Positions 26,250-35,908 of a stretch of DNA of 64,000 nt are shown here, piece by piece (the first letter of the stretch is position 1; each line of letters begins with the position of its first letter). The notes below the pieces were generated by a model. It searched no databases. It was not told where the DNA came from and saw nothing but the letters and a program-made list of their open reading frames with translations. Position numbers and translations under genes: made by a program. Source of the stretch: Sminthopsis crassicaudata (lineage: Eukaryota); contig NC_133620.1 of assembly GCF_048593235.1 (NCBI RefSeq), positions 291,167,765 through 291,231,764 of the forward strand, read 5' to 3'.

Positions 26250-26880
26250 GAAGAAACCTTTAACATGATCTTGATGAGGTCAGGGAACCAAATGATGAAG
26301 TTCGAGAATTGGGGTGGGAGATCCCCTCTAGCTGACAAAAGAATTTACAAACCCAAAATCTGTGTGGCAAAAAGGGATTTATCGACACTGAGAAGACAGC
26401 TTGCTGGGAAGACAGCCTTCTTAGTGGACAGGGAATAAGCAAAGGTAGGTTACACTGAGAAGATAATATCTTTACTAGTAGGTATGGTCATGTTTAGGCT
26501 ATCTTCAAAGATTCAGGGTTGAGTTGTCTTTTATTAAGTGTCTGAGACTTGGGAGATTCAATTCAATTCAAAATTGAATGAGATTACTTAATTGGGAGTT
26601 TGAGTCAATGTTGACAATACCCCAGGCCTAGATTTCCAGTTGAAAAGAGATTACTTATTTTGGTAAGGGCTCGTCTGGGACCATTTAACTTGGGAAGGGC
26701 ATTGTCTGGGAAAAGTGTGCTTTTCCCAGGGGAGAGCTTGAGACTCCGAATCACCCTTCCCCCACAAATTAAAGGGACATAGTTTACATCAGCCTGATTC
26801 AACACCCTATTGTACAAAAGAGGAAAAATAATTTCCAAGGCCCTATAGCTACTTAATGGCATGAACTATAAGATTCAAAC
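26250..26880 (-). mobile_element. LTR-like repeat(s)
   Basis: Shares GATCC...AAAAGAATT(T/C)ACAAACC...GTGGCAAAAA with 12973-13100. Reverse polyA signal TTTTATT at ~26530. Confidence 0.5.
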
Positions 26881-27365
26881 TCAGATCTTATAATTTTAAG
26901 TCTAGGACTCTCAGTACAACCCAGATAACCCAAAACAAGCCAACTAATAATAGTAATAACACAAAGCAATCACCATCAATATAGTTCAATCTTCGTGAAT
27001 ACACCTCAATCACTCCCAAGACAACATAACCATAGTCAACTACATTAAACTCAGAAGAAAATAGCCCCATACAATATAACTACATCCTATATTCTTGGAG
27101 TTATAGAAAATTTTTCATTTAATAGATACCATCTATCTCTCATAATCTTCAGGGAGGGGCAGGCAGATTGTGATTTTAATCTATTGCCTGCCAAGGTTTC
27201 CTAGGCTCAGAAAAATTCTCTGCTTAAACCAGGAATGTAAGAGAATGGTTATTTTCCCTTCTAGTTAAGTTTCTCACTGATTTTATCTAAACATTCCGTT
27301 GGGCAGATCCCTCCTCACTTCTTTTATGATATCCCTCCCCCCTTTTTTTTTCCACCTCTCCCTAG

Positions 27366-27548
27366 GCATAGATATCTCTTCCTTGTGTCAGAATGGAGGG
27401 CTCTGCATGGACGATAGGATGTTCCATTTCTGAAAGTGCCCACCTGGGTTCCAAGGCAGCTCATGCCAGGATAAAGTAAATGTATGTGAGTTGAGGCCCT
27501 GCCAGCGGGGCTACATGTTTGACGCGTCCCAATGGGTACTTCTGCCAG
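27366..27548 (+). pseudogene. NOTCH4: NOTCH4 exon 18 remnant (EGF)
   Basis: [45 protein letters not shown][2-nt deletion][17 protein letters not shown] at 27431-27433; donor reads ATGAG instead of GTGAG. Confidence 0.96.
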
Positions 27549-27653
27549 ATGAGAGGGGCTGAGGTACAAGAAAGATTCAGGGAGCTTAGAGGAGTGGGAA
27601 TACAGTCATATTGATGCAGTTCTAGTGGTAGAGAACTGAGGTGTGAGAATTGA

Positions 27654-28128
27654 TGTGAGAATCCCCTCTGGACTCAGCACAGGTCCAATGTGAAAAGAAT
27701 TCAGGAACCTGAAATGTTAGTGGCAAGCAAGGAAGTTTTATTTTTCACTAAGAAGCTCTCTCTTAGCACAAATCTCTTAATGAGGAGATTTGCAAAGAAT
27801 GTGTTAACAGAAATTTATTTTATGAGCAAATCTTGGGGCTGGGGGCAGTTTGAGCTGATTATCAGATCAAGATATCCCAACTGAATGAAATCACTTTGAA
27901 GGCTTTTTCAGAATCTGGAATTTCCTGAATGAGGATCTGGCAACCAAAAAGATCAATGGAGGGTGATTTGCCCAAGAGCTCCAGTTGAATGATGCTGCTT
28001 ATCTTAGGAAAAGGCATTGGAAAATATGCCCCCTCCCAGGCTCACCCTGAATCTCCCTTCTTTTACAGATAAAAGGAAACAGTTTCAGAGTGACTGTTTT
28101 ACAGATTAAAGGTGACACAATTTCAGCA
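27654..28128 (-). mobile_element. solo LTR-like repeat (antisense)
   Basis: Same family as 12973-13484. Confidence 0.65.
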
Positions 28129-28760
28129 TTCATCCCAGTCAATATAAGGAACAACAAAGAGATGTTTGATCTGGGAGAAGACCTTAAGTTACAGAGTTGG
28201 AATAGTTGAGTGTTGAAGAGGGGGACAAGGAAATATGTTACCTAAAGTTTAGTTGTATAAAACAGGCATGTGTTTGTATGTTTTGTCATTATAATAAGAT
28301 GAATGACTTAAGACTAAGTCTGGATCCCGAGTTGAAATTAATAGATGGTGATAAGTTATGTTGAGTGAACAGAAGAATAATTGAGTTGTGGGGATATATA
28401 GGTAAAAATTATTTTATTTTAGATCTGGAAAGATCCTCAAAGATCACCTTAGTCCAAGTCCTTTTAATCTATAAATAGAAACAGGCCAAGAAAGAATAAA
28501 AGGGAGTTGCTCAAGTTAACAGTAGAGCCAATATTATAATTCAAGACTCCTTGACTCAATTCTTAGTTTGGTGCCTTTTCCATACACTCATTTGTTAAAC
28601 TGTTTTTAATCACGAATAGCATTATTGTATTGAATTTTGTGAAATTGCATTGAGTTATGTCAAACTGCATTAAATTATATTTGGTTGTAGTGATTTGTGC
28701 TGGGCTAATCATAGATTCACATTCCCTACCTCAGCCTGAGCTACCCTCCTGACTCCACAG

Positions 28761-28980
28761 TGTGCCCCTGACTATCATGAACAGAACTGTTCAGAGGTGG
28801 ATGCTTGTCAGTCTCAACCCTGCCATAATCATGGCATCTGTCCTTCAGTCTCTGGTGGCTTCCAATGTTCCTCTCCCCCAGGCTTTGTGGGACTCCTTTG
28901 TGAGGGTGATGTGGATGAATGCCTGGACTAGCCTTGCTATCCTGCAGGCACTGTGGCCTGTCATTCTCTGGTCAATGGAT
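28761..28980 (+). pseudogene. NOTCH4: NOTCH4 exon 19 remnant (EGF)
   Basis: CAPDYHEQNCSEVDACQSQPCHNHGICPSVSGGFQCSSPPGFVGLLCEGDVDECLD*PCYPAGTVACHSLVNG. TAG at 28929-28931; 3' end and donor lost. Confidence 0.96.
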
Positions 28981-29612
28981 ATTGAGGGCAGAAGTCAAAG
29001 ACAGGGAGACTGGAGTATGGATATCTTTGAGATACAACTAAAGAGTAAGAGAGAGCACAGCTGTAGAGTACGGGCTAGCTCCCTGGAGGGCCTCAGGGTC
29101 AGCCAGAGTCAGGATAAATTAAAATCCTTGGTCTTTGGGGAGAGAAGTGAAAGATGCAGGTAAGCAGAATCCTGGATTTGGGAGTCCAGAGTCACCAACT
29201 TCTCTCCTCCTTGTCCTGTGGCCAAGTGCCTCTGCCTCCTTCCCTCAGCCCTCTAATCCTTGCCTATGATGAACACCAAGAGCAAGCACCCACAGTGAGA
29301 AGAGCCATTTTTCCAAACATGTGCTAATAGAGTCATTGTCTCACATTGAATAGGTAATTAGCCGTAAGTGCTTGGTTGTCTGATTCGAGCACACCTTTTT
29401 GGAGTTTCAGCCCTCTACACAAAGCAACATCTCCTTCCATCCATCCCAATCCACTGCTGGGCTTCCTTCCCCTACATTCCACAATCCTTCTCTTCTAGGG
29501 AAGGAGACTTTGCCCATACCTCTCATTTCCAGCAGTAAATAGAAGAGAAAAATTTAAAAAGAAGTGTATGAAACACTGATTCTACACACTGGGGGCCATC
29601 CTCACATTCCAG

Positions 29613-29700
29613 GTCATCAGTGTGAGAAGCTGGATGCTTCCATGGTGGGACCAATGAAGTTATTGTTGGAAATCACCTTGGCTTCATGTGTCACTGTCCC
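29613..29700 (+). pseudogene. NOTCH4: NOTCH4 exon 20 remnant, copy A (left inversion arm)
   Basis: HQCEKL[19-nt deletion]CFHGGTNEVIVGNHLGFMCHCP; truncated at 29700 with no donor. Confidence 0.92.
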
Positions 29701-29753
29701 TTACTTCTTTCTCCATTGCTTCAGAGTCATTTGAGGGTATCTCCTGCTCTTAC

Positions 29754-29979
29754 TTGAGTCCAATACTATCTTCACCCAGAGGGGGCTGACATCTACAGGA
29801 GGCAGGTTTCGTTTGTGGTCGAGGCCTCCTGCAGAAACCAGAGGCCAGCCACAGAGTACCATGTTCCCGATGCCTTCTCCGGATAAGTTGGAAGACCAGG
29901 AGGCTCCTCAGAACTAGGAGAATCATCCCAGCCATTGGGGAACAGAACACAGACCAGGGAAGCTGAAGTGCTGAGGGTG
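29754..29979 (-). pseudogene. NOTCH4: NOTCH4 exon 24 (TM plus start of RAM), inverted
   Basis: AG/GT intact, open frame PSALQLPWSVFCSPMAGMILLVLRSLLVFQLIRRRHREHGTLWLASGFCRRPRPQTKPASCRCQPPLGEDSIGLK, on the strand opposite to exons 6-20A. Confidence 0.97.
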
Positions 29980-30336
29980 CTGGGGAACAGAAATGAAGTC
30001 TGAATCAGATAAAGATCCAGGAAGGCATACATGAAACAAATGTATCTTTTTAAGGAAGCTGTATGTAATACAGAGTGTCTAAACAGATAAACAGAGAAAT
30101 CGGGGTTAGTGGGAGGGGCAGAGAATCAGGGAGGGAGAAGAATCTCTCTACTGGCTATTCTGAGATTGTAGTCATTTTATTCCTTCTTGTGTAGGCATGA
30201 GTAAAATGATGTTCAACAGGTAGTTCTGGGAAAGGTGATAGATGAGTGTGGGATAAGATGGTTGAGAATCTGTGACTGGTCTAAGATGGAGGGAAAATTC
30301 AAGAGAAAATTAAAAGCTGAGGGTGATGGCATCTAC

Positions 30337-30472
30337 ATGTGCCTTCTTGCGGATAGGCAACTATCAGGGGCCCAACAGCAGCCATTGCAGCTAGGAAGTA
30401 GAGCAGAAAGCCTGGGGGGCAGGAGGGGCAGAATCACAGCAGGATGAATCTATCCCCAGCACCACCATAGAT
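30337..30472 (-). pseudogene. NOTCH4: NOTCH4 exon 23 remnant (HD-C), inverted
   Basis: SMVVLGIDSSCC...PGFLLYFLAAMAAVGPLIVAYPQEGT vs FVVVMGVDLSRC...PGLLLRFLAAMAAVG...PLLAVHPHAGT; internal deletions. Confidence 0.9.
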
Positions 30473-30560
30473 CTGTATGAGTGGAACCATAAACCCTTAA
30501 TTATTTGGGCACTGGTTAGTTGTCCCCTTCCCTAGCCTACTTTTTCTTAATCTTCCTTAC

Positions 30561-30720
30561 CCAGAAGAGAAGGTGTCAGTCTCTTTGCTGAACAGGTGTG
30601 TGTGGGGTACTGTTCTTTCATGTTGTGGTTGTTCCTATTTCTGTGAAGCTCTTCTTCCGTTTGTGGTCCAGGGTAAGGGTATACTATCTCTCTGCCTTTT
30701 TGGTCCCCTGAGGCCAGGAC
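30561..30720 (-). pseudogene. NOTCH4: NOTCH4 exon 22, 3' half (HD-N end), inverted; LNR-C part deleted
   Basis: GREIVYPYPGPQTEEEL...[shift]SKETDTFSSG|GTAAG vs GRDMVYPYPGARAEEKL...GKETDSLSAG. Confidence 0.88.
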
Positions 30721-30768
30721 CTGGGTTTGGCTGTTATGTTACCCTTTCTCTCCCCCAGTGTTCCTCAT

Positions 30769-31296
30769 GAGCAAATTTGGGGTGTCTCACAATTGCAGCC
30801 ATCAAACAGACACTCCTAAGTGTTGCACTGTGGGTGACATTGCCCATCTCTGAAGGGGAACCAGCATCAAGCATGGAGAGGACAGCCCTTCCGGGGATCT
30901 GTGATCCCCAGGGAATAATCTCCCCTATCCCAGGCACCATCGGGACTACTGCAGTCAGGATGACTGGCCCCATCTCCATATCGGCCTTTATATTCCTCTG
31001 CCTCTGATGTTTGGCATCAGGGTCCCAGGAACCCAGGGGGGCAGGAACAGTAGAAACTAGAGCTACAGGGTCCTTTTCTCCATGGGACTCTATGTAGCTG
31101 CCATCGTGTAGGCAAGGGGAAAGAGATCTACAACCCCGAGTGACTGGAGGAAGCAGGCAATCAGGACCCCCATAGCCTTTGAGGCAAACACAGTAAGGGA
31201 TAGATCCTGGATGGGAAAAAGATAGACAGAAGCCCCGTGATGGCAGTGGGGGGAGATACAGGAAGGGACATCATGGAGGCATGTGGGACCTTCAAA
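30769..31296 (-). pseudogene. NOTCH4: NOTCH4 exon 21 remnant (last EGFs plus LNR A/B), inverted
   Basis: FEGPTCLHDVPSCISPHCHHG[1-nt deletion]FCL..CLKGYGGPDCL..GP*CQ..GDGASHPDCSSPDGAWDRGDYSLGITDPRKGCPLHA*CWFPFRDGQCHPQCNT*ECLFDGCNCETP. Stops at 31017-31019, 30867-30869 and 30816-30818; acceptor and donor both lost. Confidence 0.96.
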
Positions 31297-31343
31297 GGGG
31301 GGGGGGGGAGTTAAGACTAAGGACTCTGGATAGCTCATTCTCT

Positions 31344-32330
31344 CTTTTAATTTTATAATTATAAAAAAATTTTTGACAGTGCATATGCATGAGTATTTTT
31401 TTATAACATTATCCCTTGTATTCATTTTTCCAAATTTTCCCCTCCTTCCCTCTACTCCCTCCCCTAGATGACAGGCAATCCCATACATTTTACATGTGTT
31501 ATAGTATAACCTAGATACAATATATGTGTGTAAATACCATTTTCTTGTTGCACTTTAAGAATTGGATTCCAAATGATGGACAGAAATAACTACACCCAGA
31601 GAAGGAACACTGGGAAGTGAATGTAAATTGTTAGCACTGCTGTCTATCTATCCAGGTTACTTATACCTTCGGAATCTAATACTTAATGTTCAACAAGAAA
31701 ATTGGATTTACACACATATATTGTATCTGGGTTATATTGTAACATATGTAAAATGTATGGGATTGCCTGTCATGGGGGGAGGGTGTGGTGGGAGGGGGGG
31801 ATAATTTGGAAAAATGAATACAAGGGATAATATTATTTTTTAAAAATTACTCATGCATATATATTGTGGGAAAAAATTCTAAATTTAAAAAAAAAAAAAA
31901 AAAAGAATTGGATTCCAAAGGTATAAGTAACCTGGGTAGGTAGACAGTAGTGCTAACAGTATACATTCATTTCCCAGTGTTCCTTCTCTGGGTGTAGCTG
32001 ATTCTGTCCATCATTGATCAATTGGAATTGGATTAGCTCTTCTCTATGTTGAAGATTTCCACTTCCATCAGAATACATCCTCATACAGTATTGTTGTTGC
32101 CGTGTATAATGATCTTCTGGTTCTGTTCATTTCACTCAGCATCAGACCATGTAAGTCTCTCCAAACCTCTCTGTATTCCTCCTGCTGGTCATTTCTTACA
32201 GAACAATAATATTCCATAACCTTCATATACCATAATTTACCCAACCATTCTCCAATTGATGGACATCCATTCATCTTCCAGCTTCTAGCCACTATGAAAA
32301 GAGCTGCCACAAACATTTTGGCACATACAG
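31344..32330 (-). mobile_element. 5'-truncated LINE-1 in NOTCH4 intron 20, interrupted by a nested L1
   Basis: ORF2 C-terminal ORF 32068-32316 plus 3'UTR. TSD TGGA(T/C)AGCTCATTCTCT at 31327-31343 and 32331-32347. Confidence 0.93.
31574..31902 (+). mobile_element. nested L1 3'UTR fragment with polyA, opposite orientation
   Basis: Perfect 17-bp TSD AAGAATTGGATTCCAAA at 31557-31573 and 31903-31919, preceded by TTT (L1 endonuclease-like site). Confidence 0.93.
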
Positions 32331-33451
32331 TGGACAGCTCATTCTCTATGGAACCTTTTTTTGTTTTTTTAGGGCTTGATAAATTGTTTTATTGACTATG
32401 TAAATGTAAAATAGGGATATAGAAAAATGCAAATAATACATATTAAACTTTAAAATTCATTTTGTGTATAATTTGTTTGAGAATTGGTTATTAAACATTT
32501 ACCAGCACACCCCTGACATATTTACAAAGCATATGCATGGGTAATTTTTCCAACATTGACCCTTGCAAAATCTGTTGTCTATAGAACTTTTTTCTACTTC
32601 CAAGGCAATACTTGTGATCAACTCACATTTTTATGGTACTCTTTTAAACACTAACCTTGTAAGGTGAGAGGTAGGGAAGGTTTTATTATGTTCACTTTAC
32701 TGAGAAAACTGAAGCTTAGGAGGTCATGTGACTTGCTTACTGTCGTCACACTGTATTGGTATCAGGATTTAAGCCTATTGGAATTTGTCTCCTTGCCCCG
32801 TGATTTTTCTGATGCATCATACAGCAACAATGTCAAGAGTTAGAAGGGACCTAAAGGTCACCTGACCAACTTCCTTATTTTATAGATAAAGAAGGCAAGC
32901 AGATAAGATGTGTAATATATGTAATATAGATAGTATGTACTATAGATAAAGAAGTGTAGCAGATAAGATACTGGACTCAGGCACCAGCTATATATGGTCG
33001 AGTTTCAACTTCAGTACAGTGGAGGTAGTTAATAATACTTGCTTCACAGAGCAGTTTTGAGGATCGAATGAGATAATATATGAAAGTGCTTTGTAAAGCT
33101 TAAAGTGATACATAAATGTTCATTATTATTGGTTGCAGAGCTGAGACAAGAACCCAGACTTTGTCACATAGCTTTACTGAGCCCACATTCTAATTATCAC
33201 CATTCACTTGTTCTTGATGTCCTGACGCCTCCACATTTTAGGCATATATGTTATATGTATACACATCTATGATACTGACTCCTGAACGCTCTCGCACAAG
33301 TCCTTCCCTGAGGATCTCCTCTTGTGCCTCTTTCTGGTAGTCCCCTCCTCCTGTAATTATGACCCTGATCTCCTTGGTTTTTTACTTTTTTTTTTTTTTT
33401 TTTAGTAGAAGTGACCAAGGTAGACTGTGGGATGAATGGGATTTGACTCGC

Positions 33452-33561
33452 CACGGGGCAGTGACACATGAAGCCAAGGTGATTTCCAACAATAACTTCA
33501 TTGGTCCCACTATGGAAGCAGGGCTGAATCTTGCAAGCACCCGGCTTCTCACACCGATGAC
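33452..33561 (-). pseudogene. NOTCH4: NOTCH4 exon 20 remnant, copy B (right inversion arm)
   Basis: AG-bounded, HRCEKPGACKIQPCFHSGTNEVIVGNHLGFMCHCPV, GC donor. Inverted near-duplicate of 29519-29700. Confidence 0.95.
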
Positions 33562-33689
33562 CTGGGAATGTGAGGATGGCCCCCCCGTGTGCAGAATCAG
33601 TGTTTCATACACTTCTTTCTTTACTTTTCTCTTCTATTTACTGCTGGAAATGAGAGGACCACAACCATAACACTCTTACTCTTTTATTG

Positions 33690-34100
33690 TTGTTCGCTTG
33701 CATTTTTTTTTTTACTCGTTTACTTTCCTTTTTGATCTGATTTTTCTTGCGCAGCAAGAGAGTTGTATATGTCTACACATATTGGATTTAACATATATTT
33801 TAGCATATACAACATATATTGGGGTTGCTTGCTATCTAGGGGAGGGGGTGGGGAAAGGAGGGGAAAATCTGAAACACAAGGCTCAATGTTGAAAAATTAT
33901 CCGAGGGGCAGCTAGGTGGCGCAGTGGATAGAGCACCAGCCCTGAATTCAGCAGGACCTGAGTTCAAATCTAATCTCAGACACTTAGCACTTCCTAGCTG
34001 TGTGACCCTGGGCAAGTCACTTAACCCCAGCCTCAGAGGGAAAAAAAAGAAGAAATTATCCGAGTACACGTTTTTGAAAATAAAAAGCTTTAATAATAAT
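33690..34100 (+). mobile_element. older L1 3'UTR fragment interrupted by a SINE
   Basis: GCTATCTAGGGGAGGGGGTGGG...AATGTTGAAAAATTATCC marsupial L1 3' end. Confidence 0.7.
33906..34052 (+). mobile_element. WSINE1-like SINE
   Basis: Full SINE. TSD AAATTATCCGAG at 33894-33905 and 34053-34064. Confidence 0.93.
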
Positions 34101-35324
34101 AAATAATAATTACAAAAAGTAAATTACAAGGCATTTTGAGGGGGGAGCAATCTTCTCGAAGGAAACAACTTTAACCAAGCCTTAAAAGAAGCTACAGGCA
34201 GAAGCAAAGAGGAAATCCAGGACGAACAGTCTGAAGAAAGGCCCAGACACAGGATACGGATTATCATATTTGGGGAGATTGTAGGAGAGCTTGTCTAGAA
34301 CAATAGCACATTAAAGAAAATAATATGAAATAAGTCGGGAAAGGCAGGATGGAGAAAATCTGTAGAAAGTTTGAACTATTAGGCTGAGAACAATTCTAGT
34401 CATTGGTTCAACGATTCCCTAAACAATTTTCGATAATTTAAATTATCCCTTCTAATTTCCATTTTAAAATTGGCTTAGAATCAGGGTACATTGCGCCCAT
34501 TCCTTTTCCTGCACCTCCACAATCTTCCACCACCCCGCATTTCTTATTTAATTTTATCTTTGCTTTTCCTATTTTTAAGGTATTAATAACTGTTATTTTC
34601 AGTCACCTTAACTACGATAAGATATCTATCATAAAAGGGTCATCAGTCACAGAAATTATCAGTAGCAAAGGTATTTTTCAGAACAGGGCTGTAACTGACA
34701 CAGACTGAACAAGGACGCCTTGTTCCTGTCACAGTCTCCATCACGATGATTCCGTGGATCCCAAGGGCGTCTTTCATTGCTCCGGGAGCCAGGGAGCGGG
34801 CGCGCGGGATGGTCCGGCCTCAGAGAGCGGGTCTGGTAACACCCGGACCGACTCTCCCTGCGCCGGATCCAGTACTGCGCTCCACCCAAGGTCCGTTTCG
34901 GTTGGATGGTGAGGGTGAAATCAGCCAGAGCGGGGAGGAAGTGCAGGCTCGGATAAGGGATAATTAAGGCAGCCAGACGTCAGCGTCAGGCTTTCCCTAA
35001 GGGAAAGGTGAATCCGGGGAGCAGACAGTCTGCCAGTCCCATCAGCGGGGAAAGCAGTGGGAAGGGAAGCAGGGGAAAGGGAGGGGGGGTGATGGAGAGG
35101 AGGGGGGTCCCTATCTCCCCGGCCACAAAACAAAGCCCCATTGTCTCCGAAGATCTGCACCCGTGCCATCTCCACGGCAAAGCTTCCCGCTCCTGACCAG
35201 CAGAGGGCGCCCCAAGCCAGCTCTAGCTGTCCCCCTAGCCCAGTCCTGAGAGAAACTTCTCGCAGACAGCTACCCCCAGGGACTCGAACCCGCCTCCGGA
35301 ACCCTCCCTTTGCCTCCCTGCCTG

Positions 35325-35393
35325 GCGGTGAGCAGTGCTCCGCCGCCAATGCCCTCTCCAGGTACGGGCAGACGAGGGCGCTCAGGACCGCAG
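35325..35393 (+). pseudogene. NOTCH4: NOTCH4 exon 29 remnant (ANK)
   Basis: AVSSA[-1]AANAL[-1]QVRADEGAQDR vs AVNNARAARSLLQAGADKDAQDNR. Confidence 0.75.
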
Positions 35394-35407
35394 TCAGACA
35401 GGGCCAA

Positions 35408-35528
35408 GTCTCTTTTTTTTGAGGCTGGGGTTAAGTGACTTGCCCAGGGTCACACAGCTAGGAAGTGTTATGTGTCTTGAGGCTGGATTTGAACTCAGGT
35501 CCTCCTGAATTCAGCACTGCACCACGTA
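35408..35528 (-). mobile_element. WSINE1-like SINE with internal deletion (NOTCH4 intron 29)
   Basis: Poly-T, then GAGGCTGGGGTTAAGTGACTTGCCCAGGGTCACACAGCTAGG...GATTTGAACTC. Confidence 0.88.
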
Positions 35529-35787
35529 GGGTGACGTCTCTTAAAGAGGGGGCAAAGTCCAAAGGGCGGCTGAAAAGGGGAAGGGGAGGAAGAGGCGGAA
35601 TGGGGAGGAGGAGGAGGAGGAGGAAGAAAAGGGAAAGGAAAAAGAAAGAAGGGAGAGGAGGGGGCAGAGAAAAAAAAGTCAGAGAGGAGGAAAACTGGGC
35701 GGAGTCAACACGTGACGTGGGGAGACGGAACGTCTAGGAGGACTCGCGCCTCCTGGGAGTGCCCTGCCCCCCCTCCACTCTACGCAG

Positions 35788-35908
35788 CTCTTCCGGACTG
35801 CCCGAGAAGGGGCAGTGGAAGTAGCTCGGGTGCTGCAGGACCAGGCCCCAAGACGCTGCTGGTCAGCGAGGACACGGGGGCCTGCTGACGCTCCTGGAAG
35901 AGGAAGGG
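35788..35908 (+). pseudogene. NOTCH4: NOTCH4 exon 30 remnant (last ANK repeats); weak similarity continues to ~36300
   Basis: LFRTAREGAVEVARVLQDQA[shift]DAAGQRGHGGLLTLLEEEG vs LFLAAREGAVEVAQLL...LRDQAGLAPADVAHQRNHWDLLTLLEGAG. Confidence 0.88.

Noticed and set aside
26888-27110. Possible NUMT (ND6-like G/T/V-rich minus-strand peptide)
   Set aside because: Only compositional similarity; no conserved ND6 motif (e.g. GWxLF, YLGG) or flanking tRNA, and similar skewed tracts occur nearby.
34770-34815. Possible NOTCH4 exon 28 remnant (IAPGARERAR vs IAAQADVGAR)
   Set aside because: 5 of 11 identity in GC-rich sequence is within chance.
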